A stretch of DNA of 64,000 nucleotides from an uncultured Thermococci archaeon (GTDB lineage Archaea; Methanobacteriota_B; Thermococci; Methanofastidiosales; B48-G16), in the NCBI GenBank assembly GCA_964595645.1, contig CAZQQT010000002.1, forward strand, positions 1-64,000, in the 5' to 3' direction. The number at the start of each line of letters is the position of its first letter. Position 1 is the stretch's first letter. The translations under genes were made by a program, and so were the position numbers. Shown here piece by piece: positions 47,898 through 57,515 of this stretch. The notes below the pieces were generated by a model. The model did no database searches. It worked only from the letters and a program-made list of their open reading frames with translations, and had not been told where the DNA came from.

Positions 47898-47965
47898 TTC
47901 AACTTTTTTTGAAATGCATTATGTTGTACCTTTATAAAGGTTTCGGTTTCAAAAATATTTGAAAC
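47895..47965. promoter_or_regulatory. Promoter with palindromic TATA flanked by two TTTCAA-N6-TTGAAA operators
   Basis: TTTCAACTTTTTTTGAAA (47897-47914), ACCTTTATAAAGGT (47928-47941), TTTCAAAAATATTTGAAA (47947-47964). Confidence 0.72.
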
Positions 47966-48029
47966 ACTGGTATTAAGATACAACCTTTCTACAATATAAA
48001 AAATAAAATGCTTTTTCTATACTGGGGGC

Positions 48030-48162
48030 ATGGATGAATATCTGCTATTTTTGAATAAGGGGGGAGGATACATTATCTGTTATCGATATCAAAAATAAAA
48101 AGACCATAAGAAAACTGGAAACAGATCATAATTTTCTGATAAATAGCCTATTGAAGAAGTGA
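48030..48162 (+). pseudogene. 5' fragment of a YncE/YVTN beta-propeller gene, frameshifted
   Basis: Removing one G from the G6 run at 48059-48064 gives MDEYLLFLNKGEDTLSVIDIKNKKTIRKLETDHN, a YVTN-type blade. Confidence 0.55.
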
Positions 48163-48257
48163 TCTTGTGAGCTGCAGAAAACTAAATATAGATTTTAATT
48201 TATCATATGCCTCTCACTATGAATAAAATACTATTTCTCTTCCTAAAAAGTGATTGA

Positions 48258-48431
48258 ATGTTAAATATTATTAAAAAACTTAAGAATGAAGGAATATTCA
48301 TTCGGGATCTCTTTCATCATCTTCCATCCAGCTGGATTAGGGTATCCATTGGTACTAGGAATGAGAATGATCTTCTTTTATCAGCTCTCCGTACCCTTCA
48401 CCCATATGATAACCAAAACTCATTTAAGTAG
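48258..48431 (+). pseudogene. 3' fragment of a HisC-like PLP aminotransferase
   Basis: LKNEGIFIRD...WIRVSIGTRNENDLLLSAL, the class I/II aminotransferase C-terminal motif; 57 codons only. Confidence 0.65.
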
Positions 48432-48451
48432 TTATACCGTACCTATGGTAG

Positions 48452-49303
48452 ATGGTACTCATGAAGGAATCGGTTACTCAATCCAGAGAAGAGCGAGTTG
48501 AGAAGCTCAATGCGACTGCACGCACGATCCGACGACACATTATTCGCGACATTTACGAAGCAGGTTCAGGGCACCCAGGCGGTTCTCTTTCTTCAACGGA
48601 GATTATTACAGCTCTCTATTTTCATCTCATGAACCATGATCCCGATAACCCTGATTGGGAGGAGAGAGATCGGTTTGTGTTGAGTAAAGGACACAGCTGT
48701 CCGGCGCTGTATGCTGCATTAGCAGAGGCTGGGTATTTTAATGTGGACGATCTCTTGGCGCTGAGAAAGCTCGGTTCACATCTTCAGGGTCATCCCTCGA
48801 TGAGAACACCAGGCATCGATATCTGCACGGGTTCGTTGGGACAGGGACTCTCGATTGCCGTGGGCATGGCACTCGGCCTTCGTCTTGACAGCAAGCTCTC
48901 CAGAGTCTACGTGCTTTTGGGGGATGGAGAGATGCAGTGCGGCCAGGTGTGGGAAGCTGCGATGGCAGCTGCTCATTACAATTTGGGCAATATCACCGCC
49001 TTTATTGATAGGAACAGACTCCAGATCGATGGGAGCAGTGAGCGTGTCATGTCGTTAGAACCGTTAGGGTTTAAGCTGAAGTCATTCGGATGGCACGTGA
49101 CGGAGATCAACGGCCACAATTTCAATGAGATCATCGATGCTGTGGAGAAGGGGAAGAAGATCAATGGAGAACCAAAGGCGATAATCGCCCATACAACCAA
49201 AGGAAAGGGAGTTTCGTTCATGGAAGGATCCGTTGCCTTCCATGGGAAACCCCCGAACGATGAAGAATTCGAGCGGGCAATGAAGGAACTGGGAGGCGAG
49301 TGA
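48452..49303 (+). CDS. Transketolase, N-terminal subunit
   Basis: [38 protein letters not shown] motif. Confidence 0.95.
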   Translation: MVLMKESVTQSREERVEKLNATARTIRRHIIRDIYEAGSGHPGGSLSSTEIITALYFHLMNHDPDNPDWEERDRFVLSKGHSCPALYAALAEAGYFNVDDLLALRKLGSHLQGHPSMRTPGIDICTGSLGQGLSIAVGMALGLRLDSKLSRVYVLLGDGEMQCGQVWEAAMAAAHYNLGNITAFIDRNRLQIDGSSERVMSLEPLGFKLKSFGWHVTEINGHNFNEIIDAVEKGKKINGEPKAIIAHTTKGKGVSFMEGSVAFHGKPPNDEEFERAMKELGGE

Positions 49304-50248
49304 ATGTTTGACGAGTACAAGTATCCACGGGTAGCGTACGGAGAAACACTCCGCGAACTGGGGAGAGAAAGAAAGAATATCGTTGTACTTGATGCCGATC
49401 TTTCTGCATCCACAAAAACGAAGTTTTTTGGCAATATGTTTCCCGATAGATTCTTCAATATGGGTGTGGCTGAACAGAACATGATGTGTGTGGCAGCAGG
49501 TCTCGCTACCACAGGAAAAACGGTGTTTGCCTCGTCCTTTGCAATGTTTGCGACGGGTCGAGTGTACGATCAGATACGACAGTCCATTGCGTATCCGAAA
49601 CTCAATGTGAAGATTGTAACTACTCACGCAGGAATCACGGTGGGTGGCGATGGTGCGTCTCACCAGATGACCGAGGATATCGCCCTGATGTCTGCACTTC
49701 CCAATATGCGTGTCGTCGTTCCTGCAGATTATCAAGCCACAGGAAAGATCATCAGGACACTCGCGGACGAGGATGGACCAGCATACGTGCGAATGGGGAG
49801 AAGTAAGGTGCCTACCATCTACGATGATTCTTACGAGTTTTCTGTTGGGAATGCAACGGTGGTGAGGGAGGGTGACGACATCTCTCTTATCGCAATTGGC
49901 ATTATGGTTTCTGAGGCCCTTATCGCGGCGGAACAATTAAAAGAGAAGGATATCTCCGCACGCGTTATCGATATGAGCACGGTGAAACCCGTTGATCAGG
50001 CGTGCATTCTGGAGGCTGCCAGAGAAACAGGTGCCATTGTGACTGCAGAGGAACACAACACCACGATGGGCATGGGATCTATCATTTCCTCTGTACTTGC
50101 CGAGAACTACCCGGTGCCGCTGATTAAATGTGGCATTCCCGACGTGTTCGGTGAAAGCGGTGAGTATCGTGAGTTAATGGAAGCATACGGATTAACTGCG
50201 GATAATATTGTCACGCAGACCATGAAAATACTCAAACGAAAGGAGTGA
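49304..50248 (+). CDS. Transketolase, C-terminal subunit
   Basis: DADLSAST, GVAEQNM, DGASHQ, AEEH, DVFGESG. Confidence 0.95.
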   Translation: MFDEYKYPRVAYGETLRELGRERKNIVVLDADLSASTKTKFFGNMFPDRFFNMGVAEQNMMCVAAGLATTGKTVFASSFAMFATGRVYDQIRQSIAYPKLNVKIVTTHAGITVGGDGASHQMTEDIALMSALPNMRVVVPADYQATGKIIRTLADEDGPAYVRMGRSKVPTIYDDSYEFSVGNATVVREGDDISLIAIGIMVSEALIAAEQLKEKDISARVIDMSTVKPVDQACILEAARETGAIVTAEEHNTTMGMGSIISSVLAENYPVPLIKCGIPDVFGESGEYRELMEAYGLTADNIVTQTMKILKRKE

Positions 50249-50253
50249 GAAGC

Positions 50254-51147
50254 ATGAAAATTTTTATTGATACGGCAAAATTGGATGAAATCCAGGAGGC
50301 GAACTCATGGGGGATTGTGGATGGCGTGACCACTAATCCCTCATTGATTAAGAAGGCCATGGATGCACTGGACGAGCCGGTCGCCATGGAGGAGTATATC
50401 GCGTCGATATGCGCTGAAGTAGACGGGCCGGTGAGTCTGGAGACAATGAGCAGGACAACTGAGATGATGGTAGACGAAGCGGAAACGCTGTACGAGACGT
50501 TTAACGATGTGCACAACAACGTGGTGGTGAAGATCCCCGTGAACACTGCCATGGAAGAGGACCATGAGAACTACGAAGGAGTGAAGGCAATAAAAATCCT
50601 GGAAGACGAGGGAATCCCCATTAATGCCACGCTGGTGATGTCGCCGAACCAGGCACTGCTCGCCGCCAAGGCAGGTGCTTCCTACGTCAGTCCCTTCTTG
50701 GGAAGAGTCGATGACTATATACGGAGTAGAATGGGACTGGAACGTGGCGAGGACTACGCGAAGACGGCGTACTTCGATGAAGATATCTTTGAGACCATCA
50801 GGGTAGAAAAAAGACGGGATATGCTCCGAAAGAGACCTCACGAGCAGTTAGGGAAGTTATATCTCGATGAAAGGATTACCCCGCTTCCCACTGAGGTGAA
50901 CAGCGGTGTGGATCTCGTGCGAAAAACAAAAAGAATTTTTGAAAATTACGAATTTTCTACTGCCATCATTGCTGCGAGCATCCGGAACGCACGCCAGGTG
51001 GTGGAGGTTGCAGAAATCGGCGCCGAGATCGCGACCATCCCATTTAACGTGATCTCCGATATGATCTGGCACTACAAAACGAGGGAAGGAATGAAGGCAT
51101 TCACAGAGGATGTCATTCCCGAGTATAAAGTACTGTTCGAGGAATAA
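50254..51147 (+). CDS. tal: Transaldolase (TalC/Fsa family) with a large insertion
   Basis: FIDTA, GVTTNPSL, VSLE (Glu), VVVKIP (Schiff-base Lys), YVSPF (Phe), AASIR. Confidence 0.88.
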   Translation: MKIFIDTAKLDEIQEANSWGIVDGVTTNPSLIKKAMDALDEPVAMEEYIASICAEVDGPVSLETMSRTTEMMVDEAETLYETFNDVHNNVVVKIPVNTAMEEDHENYEGVKAIKILEDEGIPINATLVMSPNQALLAAKAGASYVSPFLGRVDDYIRSRMGLERGEDYAKTAYFDEDIFETIRVEKRRDMLRKRPHEQLGKLYLDERITPLPTEVNSGVDLVRKTKRIFENYEFSTAIIAASIRNARQVVEVAEIGAEIATIPFNVISDMIWHYKTREGMKAFTEDVIPEYKVLFEE

Positions 51148-51148
51148 T

Positions 51149-51817
51149 ATGGTACAGATTGCTCCCTCTATCCTCTCTGCAGATTTCTCCCGTCTCGGCG
51201 ACGAGGTGAGAGACGCGGAGCGTGGAGGTGCGGACATGATCCACATCGACGTCATGGACGGTCACTTTGTCCCCAACCTCACCATCGGACCCGTGGTGGT
51301 AGAGGCCATTGCGCCTCTTGTTACTATTCCGATCGATATCCATCTTATGATCGAGCACCCGCAGAATACCATCGACGAGTTCATCGATGCATTGGGGGAC
51401 CGAGATGTGTCCAACGATTATCTCTCTATCCACGCGGAGTCGTGTATCCATCTGGACCGATTGGTGCACATGGTGAAGGATCGTGGGGTGAAGGTTGGTG
51501 TCGCGTTGAATCCGTCTACGTCGTTGTCAATGATCGAGTGGCTTCTCGACGAGATCGATCTCATCGTGATCATGACTGTCAACCCGGGGTACAGCGGACA
51601 GTCGTTCATTGAGGGGATGCTGCCGAAGATACGGAGAACGCGGGAACTCGTAGGAGATAAGGAGATCGAGATTCTTGTCGACGGAGGAGTGAAGGCCCAC
51701 AACGCGAAGCGTATCGTCGAGGCTGGCGCGTCGATTCTGGCCGCGGGCTCGGCAGTGTTTAACAAAGAAGCATCTGTAGAACATAATATCCGAGGAATCC
51801 GGGAAGCTGCGAAATAA
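51149..51817 (+). CDS. rpe: Ribulose-phosphate 3-epimerase
   Basis: IAPSILSADF, HIDVMDGHFVPN, DIHLM, MTVNPG, VDGG. Confidence 0.96.
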   Translation: MVQIAPSILSADFSRLGDEVRDAERGGADMIHIDVMDGHFVPNLTIGPVVVEAIAPLVTIPIDIHLMIEHPQNTIDEFIDALGDRDVSNDYLSIHAESCIHLDRLVHMVKDRGVKVGVALNPSTSLSMIEWLLDEIDLIVIMTVNPGYSGQSFIEGMLPKIRRTRELVGDKEIEILVDGGVKAHNAKRIVEAGASILAAGSAVFNKEASVEHNIRGIREAAK

Positions 51818-51992
51818 TTCTTCATCCAAGGAATATTTCTCTACGTGTTTCGAGGGACTTCAAAAATAAGAACCTTTTTTTTAGTTCACCACCCATAACC
51901 TTTCTTAACGATAGTATCTATGGGAGTACAAAAAGCTACGTTGGAAAAATATTTATAAATCGTGTCATCATAGAAGAAATGAGGAGACATGA

Positions 51993-52424
51993 ATGAATGA
52001 GAGCAGAATAAAACGATATAGAGATAAAATCAATCTTATTACAAAAAGACGTGAGGAGATAAACGAATGGATAGGGATAGGTTCCCACGACTTTGTGAAG
52101 GATGAAAAAACGAAACTCGCAACGTACAAGGCGTTCCAAGAAGCAGTTGAAGCATGCATGGACATCGTTGCAATGATGTGCAAAGATTCTGCTATCACAC
52201 CGAAAGATGATTATACCAACATTGATACCTTGGCAGAAGAAATGGATCTCTACAGCACGGAAAAATCACTGAAAGAGGCAAATGGGTTACGAAATAGACT
52301 TGTTCACAGGTACAATACAATGGATGACCTCCTCGCGTATGAGAGTATCAATAATCTTCTTCCAGAGATTGCACAATTTACTGAGCGGGTGTCACAATGG
52401 ATGAGAGAGAGATTGAACAAATAA
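51993..52424 (+). CDS. HepT-like HEPN ribonuclease toxin (DUF86)
   Basis: Intact RNRLVHRY (RX4HXY). Confidence 0.88.
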   Translation: MNESRIKRYRDKINLITKRREEINEWIGIGSHDFVKDEKTKLATYKAFQEAVEACMDIVAMMCKDSAITPKDDYTNIDTLAEEMDLYSTEKSLKEANGLRNRLVHRYNTMDDLLAYESINNLLPEIAQFTERVSQWMRERLNK

Positions 52425-52768
52425 AAGAGGATTTCGAGCTTTTATGTGAGAGCGTCCTCGGTATACTTATCTATGGCTCCAAGGCCACAGGAGAAGAGAC
52501 GGAGAGAAGCGATACTGATGTCTGTGTTGTGGCACCAGGCAAGGAACGAGAGATCTATCGGGAGACACTTTCTCTCCCCTACGATGTCAGGATATTCGAG
52601 CTCATGCCACTGTACTTACAAATCGAAGTGATAGAACACCACATCCTCCTCTGTACGACGGATCGCTATGAACTCTACGAGTACTTCTATTCTTTTAGAA
52701 AGCGCTGGAAGGACCAAGCACAGAGGCAGAAACTCACAACGAAAGAAGCGCTGGAACTCTTCAAATAA
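52397..52768 (+). CDS. Minimal nucleotidyltransferase (MNT) antitoxin
   Basis: YGSKATGEETERSDTDVC (GSX10DXD); overlaps the HEPN gene. Confidence 0.88.
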   Translation: MDEREIEQIKEDFELLCESVLGILIYGSKATGEETERSDTDVCVVAPGKEREIYRETLSLPYDVRIFELMPLYLQIEVIEHHILLCTTDRYELYEYFYSFRKRWKDQAQRQKLTTKEALELFK

Positions 52769-52867
52769 GATGACGTAGATGTAGTGCTCATGAACAACGC
52801 CCCTATTTTTTCTCGTGCATTAATTCAACTGAAAAATTATTTATATCCACAGAAAAAAAGTACAGTA

Positions 52868-53251
52868 ATGCACATACAGGAACGGTACAGAAAAGCGGTG
52901 GACGAGTTTGTGCGAAGGGCGAAAGAGCAGTATGGGGATAGAATAGAAAAAATCATCTTATTTGGATCTGTCGCACGAGCAGAGGCACGAGCAGAGTCTG
53001 ATATCGATCTACTAGTGATAGGCGATGTAAGTGTAGAGGAATTAGTAGATCTATCCTTTCCAATCTTACTAAAACATGGCGAATTTATCTCAGCAAAAGA
53101 TATGAAAAAAAATCAATTTGAATTGTTAGCGAGAGAAAAATACTCATTTGTAAAAAATATTTTGGAAGAGGGGGTAGTGTTGTATGAAAGAGTGGAAGAA
53201 GCATCTGGAGAGGGCAGAAGAGAAGCTAAGATCAGCAAATATTTTATTTGA
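52868..53251 (+). CDS. Minimal nucleotidyltransferase (MNT)
   Basis: FGSVARAEARAESDIDLL; start reassigned to 52868. Confidence 0.88.
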   Translation: MHIQERYRKAVDEFVRRAKEQYGDRIEKIILFGSVARAEARAESDIDLLVIGDVSVEELVDLSFPILLKHGEFISAKDMKKNQFELLAREKYSFVKNILEEGVVLYERVEEASGEGRREAKISKYFI

Positions 53252-53550
53252 GAACAATATGGCCACTGACTCTATAAGTGAGGCGTACTACGTTATGTTT
53301 CATGCTGCAAAAGCGTTACTCGCATTGAAAAACATTTATCCAAAAACACATAGGGAGAGGGTTACAATTTGTCACTGAGGGACTTATTGAGGAACTATAT
53401 GCAAAGAGCTTGACAAAGGCAGAAATAAAGCGTGAAAAAGCAGATTATAATATTTACTACGAGCCGTCTAAAGAAGAGGCAGCATCCGTTGTAGAAGATG
53501 CAGAGAGATTTTTAGAGAGGATAAAGAGAGCGATAGAGGAAATAGAATAA
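53184..53550 (+). pseudogene. HEPN domain protein, frameshifted by a short deletion
   Basis: AYYVMFHAAKALL...PKTHR, then a frame change at ~53355-53359 to GLQFVTEG...KREKADY...AERFL..., stop at 53550. Confidence 0.8.
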
Positions 53551-53757
53551 GTTTCAGTGACGAACTTACGTTACACGTTTCTCCATTCTTATGGCAGTGT
53601 GAGTTCGTGAGTGTGCATCTATTGGAAAAGCGGTGGAGTGATTATCTTTTCTTCCCCTTGTTCCACATCAAATCGAAGTACTGTTTGAACCCATAGGAGA
53701 GACTGTGGTTTCGTGAGAGTACTATGTACATGAAGACAAAAAGTTTCATGAAATGCT

Positions 53758-55299
53758 TTAAATTTCTTCTCTTTCTTTTAACCCATCTATCATTTCTTTG
53801 AGTTTCTCTTTCTCACTTTTCTTTCTATATTGTATTGCTTTTGTTGCGAATATCGAATCTCCCTTGAAAATTTCCATACGTACCCTCCCATCTATATATA
53901 AGGGGATAGGAACATCAAATATGTGGAGAATTGTGGGAACAATATCAACGATCTCTGCGGTAACCTCTCTTCCTTCCACAATCTCTTTTCCGTACGCGAA
54001 GAAGACACCATGTTGCCTATGACCCGGTTGCGCTATTAGGTTCTTTCTTTTTTCGCTAATACCGTGTTCTTTCACTGTTACTATCAGATCTGGAAGTGCA
54101 GGATTCTGAATTGAATATAGTTCTTCTTTAGAGAAAATTTCTTTTATACTTTCTTCTTCAGATAATTTTTCTATGATTTCATTTCTAATTTCTCTATACT
54201 CAGATGTATCATCCTTTATTACTTCTTTATTAATGTATATATAAGAAGGGAATCCAACAGAATACGCCTGGGTACGTGACCAGTCAATACTATCATAAGA
54301 GAGAGTAGTACGCGCAGTTGAGAATTTTTTTAATCTTTTTATAATTGTTCTGGGTAAAAGTTTTACCAACTGGTGCAACCTTAGCGTTGTAGAGAGTTTT
54401 AACATAGTAGATTTATCAAGTCGAGATGTTTTCTCTTCTTTACTTTTTAAAAATCCATTTTCTGACAGCCATTTATTAAATGAAGGTATGAGTTCTAGAA
54501 GCCCGAACCCATGATCGGATACGATAAACAGTATCGTCTCTTCATCGATGTGCCGGAGGATCTGCCCCACAATATCATCTATTTTCATATATAGTCGTTC
54601 AATAGAATTGTTCAAGGTATTATTTTTTTCATATCCTATGTAGCGATCGTCCCAAAAACACCAGAAATTATGCTGGATCTTATCTGGATTTTGAAACTGA
54701 ACGATGTAGATATCACATTCCTTTTCTTCTAACACATGGAGGAATATCTCTTTCCTCTTCTCCATCGCCTGTAAAAGATGATCAAAAGAATAGATATTCA
54801 ACTGTTCCATTCCTTCTCCGTGGATCCCCTCATGCTCATGAAATGGATATTTTCCACAATTTTTTTCGATTTCCTCCAATAACGAAGAGGGATAGAACGC
54901 TTTACGTTTATCAGCGGTGAAGGGAAATCCGCTTATAAAGTAGCCGTTTATTTTCGGTGCGGGAAAGGACATTGGCAGGTTCATGACACATGACCTATAG
55001 TTGCTTAACAGATCCCACAGTGGAGGAACCTTGGAATCTTTCAATGTGCAGAGTCTCGTGCCACCATGATCTTTTTTTTCCTTTACGAAATCGTGAATCC
55101 TATGTTTATCTGAGTACACGCCGGTAAAAAAAGAGGGCCATGCAGGAGCTGTAAACGGGGGAATGGTCGATCGGAGAGGACCACTCACACCACCTTTCAT
55201 CACCTTTTCGAAATTTTTTAGCAGTCCCTTTGACACGAAATGGTGTATCAATTCAATATCTGCCGCATCTACTCCGATGACGACCACTCTTTTTTTCAT
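53758..55299 (-). CDS. Alkaline-phosphatase-superfamily protein (nucleotide pyrophosphatase/phosphodiesterase type)
   Basis: IGVDAA, STIPPFTAPAWPSFFTG, DKIQH, SDHGF, GHRQHG, DIVPTIL. Confidence 0.85.
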   Translation of the reverse strand: MKKRVVVIGVDAADIELIHHFVSKGLLKNFEKVMKGGVSGPLRSTIPPFTAPAWPSFFTGVYSDKHRIHDFVKEKKDHGGTRLCTLKDSKVPPLWDLLSNYRSCVMNLPMSFPAPKINGYFISGFPFTADKRKAFYPSSLLEEIEKNCGKYPFHEHEGIHGEGMEQLNIYSFDHLLQAMEKRKEIFLHVLEEKECDIYIVQFQNPDKIQHNFWCFWDDRYIGYEKNNTLNNSIERLYMKIDDIVGQILRHIDEETILFIVSDHGFGLLELIPSFNKWLSENGFLKSKEEKTSRLDKSTMLKLSTTLRLHQLVKLLPRTIIKRLKKFSTARTTLSYDSIDWSRTQAYSVGFPSYIYINKEVIKDDTSEYREIRNEIIEKLSEEESIKEIFSKEELYSIQNPALPDLIVTVKEHGISEKRKNLIAQPGHRQHGVFFAYGKEIVEGREVTAEIVDIVPTILHIFDVPIPLYIDGRVRMEIFKGDSIFATKAIQYRKKSEKEKLKEMIDGLKEREEI

Positions 55300-55387
55300 A
55301 GTGTTCCCTTCATTCTTTTCTTTTTAATGATATCCTTACTGTGATAAGAGAAATCCTTAAAAACATGTGAGTATAGAACGACAATAC

Positions 55388-56641
55388 ATGAACATCTCAA
55401 TCATTGGTACAGGCTACGTCGGGCTCGTGACGGGAGCGTGTCTTGCCAATCTCGGCCATACCGTAATCTGTGTTGATATCATACAAGAGAAGGTGGATCT
55501 TATTAATGATAAACAGTCACCAATTTACGAAGAGGGACTGGAGGAAATCCTGCAGGAGACAGTAGGGACAACGCTGTCAGCCACCACGGACCTCAAAAAA
55601 GCTGTCCTTCAGTCTGATATCACGTTTATTTGTGTAGGCACGCCCTCAAAGGAAGATGGATCCATCGATGTCACGGATGTAGCACGCGCTGCAGGGCAGG
55701 TAGGTGCTGCACTCACAGAAAAGAAGAAATACCATCTTGTTGTGGCAAAATCCACGGTTGTTCCGGGAACAACAGAGAAAATAAAAAAAATCATAGAAGA
55801 AACCTCAGGAAACCAACACTTCGGCATCTGTATGAATCCCGAGTTTCTTAGAGAGGGAAAAGCAGTCCACGATTTTATGCATCCCGATCGGATTATAATC
55901 GGCGCCGATGAGAAAAAAAGCGGCGATATGCTCGGCGAACTCTACAAAGATTTTTCATGCCCGATCCTCCGCGTTGATATACGAACGGCAGAGATGATAA
56001 AGTACGCGTCCAACGCGTTTCTCGCAACGAAAATCTCGTTTATCAATGAGATCGGGAACATCTGCAAGAAACTTGGTATTGAAGTGTACGATGTCGCCGA
56101 AGGTATGGGGTTAGACTCGCGGATCTCGCCGAAGTTCCTCCGAGCGGGCTGTGGATTCGGTGGATCATGTTTTCCTAAGGATGTGAAGGCACTGATCGCG
56201 AGAGCGAAGGAGCTGAACTACGATCCCACGCTCCTCGAAAGTGTGATGGACGTGAATGAACGGCAGCCGTTGCGCATGATCGAGCTGCTGAAAAAGAAAA
56301 TTGGATCGCTTGAACATAAAAATATCGGTGTGTTGGGCCTCGCTTTCAAGCCCGAGAGCGACGATATCAGAGAATCCCCCGCGATCCCAATCATCCAGAA
56401 GTTAATAGGCGAACATGCGAATGTCTACGCGTACGATCCTAAAGCGATGGACAATATGAAGGAATATTTCCCAAACATCATGTATAAAGAGAACGCGCAG
56501 AGCGTGATAAACAAAACTGAGGATGTGTTAATAGTTACAGCATGGCAGGAGTTTAAAAATCTCGATTATAAAAAGAAAATAGTAATCGATGGTAGAAAAG
56601 TCCTCGAGAAAAGAAACAACTACGAGGGGATATGTTGGTGA
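55388..56641 (+). CDS. ugd: UDP-glucose 6-dehydrogenase
   Basis: GTGYVG, CVGTP, NPEFLREG, KYASNAFLA, GFGGSCFPKD, AFKP. Confidence 0.93.
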   Translation: MNISIIGTGYVGLVTGACLANLGHTVICVDIIQEKVDLINDKQSPIYEEGLEEILQETVGTTLSATTDLKKAVLQSDITFICVGTPSKEDGSIDVTDVARAAGQVGAALTEKKKYHLVVAKSTVVPGTTEKIKKIIEETSGNQHFGICMNPEFLREGKAVHDFMHPDRIIIGADEKKSGDMLGELYKDFSCPILRVDIRTAEMIKYASNAFLATKISFINEIGNICKKLGIEVYDVAEGMGLDSRISPKFLRAGCGFGGSCFPKDVKALIARAKELNYDPTLLESVMDVNERQPLRMIELLKKKIGSLEHKNIGVLGLAFKPESDDIRESPAIPIIQKLIGEHANVYAYDPKAMDNMKEYFPNIMYKENAQSVINKTEDVLIVTAWQEFKNLDYKKKIVIDGRKVLEKRNNYEGICW

Positions 56642-56645
56642 GACG

Positions 56646-57500
56646 ATGAAAGCGGTCATTCCTGCGGCGGGGCTGGGCACGCGGTTTCTTCCCGCAACAA
56701 AGGCAATGCCCAAGGAGATGCTCCCTGTGGTGGACAAACCGACGATCCAGTACGTGGTAGAGGAGGCCATCGCCTCGGACATTGGGGATATCCTCATTAT
56801 CACGGGGAGAGGGAAACGGGCCATCGAGGATCACTTCGATAAAAGCTTTGAGCTGGAGTATATTCTTGGGGAGAGAAACGAGATCGATCTGTTAACCAAA
56901 GTAAAAAATATCTCAGATCTCGCAGATATCCACTACATCCGACAGAAAGAACAGAAAGGCTTAGGAGATGCGGTCTACTGTGCACGGAAGTTCATCGATA
57001 ACGAACCCTTCGCCGTCCTCCTCGGTGATGATATCGTCCACGCTCCAACACCGTGCACACATCAATTGCTGGATGTATACAGGAAGTACCACACGTCAGT
57101 GGTAGCGCTGGAGGAAGTACCGAAGGAGCAAGTATCACAGTATGGAATAGTACAAGCTGAGAAGGTAAACGATAGACTCTACAAGCTTCAGGATGTAATA
57201 GAGAAACCTACCATGGAAGAAGCGCCGTCCACGCTCTCCGTTCCTGGACGTTACATCCTCACACCCACAATTTTTGAGTGCATCGAGAAAACGACCCCGG
57301 GGAAAGGCAATGAGATCCAGCTCACCGATGCATTGCGATTATTGCTGGATCAGGAAGAGATCTATGGATACACATTTGAGGGAAGACGGTACGACGTGGG
57401 AAATAAGGTTGGGTATATCAAAGCGACACTCGAACTCGCGCTGGAACGGGAGGAGTTAGGAGAAAAGGTAAGAGAGTATTTGGAGGAAATAAAAAAGTAG
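56646..57500 (+). CDS. galU: UTP-glucose-1-phosphate uridylyltransferase
   Basis: KAVIPAAGLGTRFLPATKAMPKEMLP, EKP, EIQLTDA. Confidence 0.95.
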   Translation: MKAVIPAAGLGTRFLPATKAMPKEMLPVVDKPTIQYVVEEAIASDIGDILIITGRGKRAIEDHFDKSFELEYILGERNEIDLLTKVKNISDLADIHYIRQKEQKGLGDAVYCARKFIDNEPFAVLLGDDIVHAPTPCTHQLLDVYRKYHTSVVALEEVPKEQVSQYGIVQAEKVNDRLYKLQDVIEKPTMEEAPSTLSVPGRYILTPTIFECIEKTTPGKGNEIQLTDALRLLLDQEEIYGYTFEGRRYDVGNKVGYIKATLELALEREELGEKVREYLEEIKK

Positions 57501-57515
57501 GATTTTATTGAAGGA

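Noticed and set aside
53551-53757. Possible sRNA or MITE between the HEPN pseudogene and the AP-superfamily gene
   Set aside because: No terminal inverted repeats, C/D boxes or convincing stem found by eye
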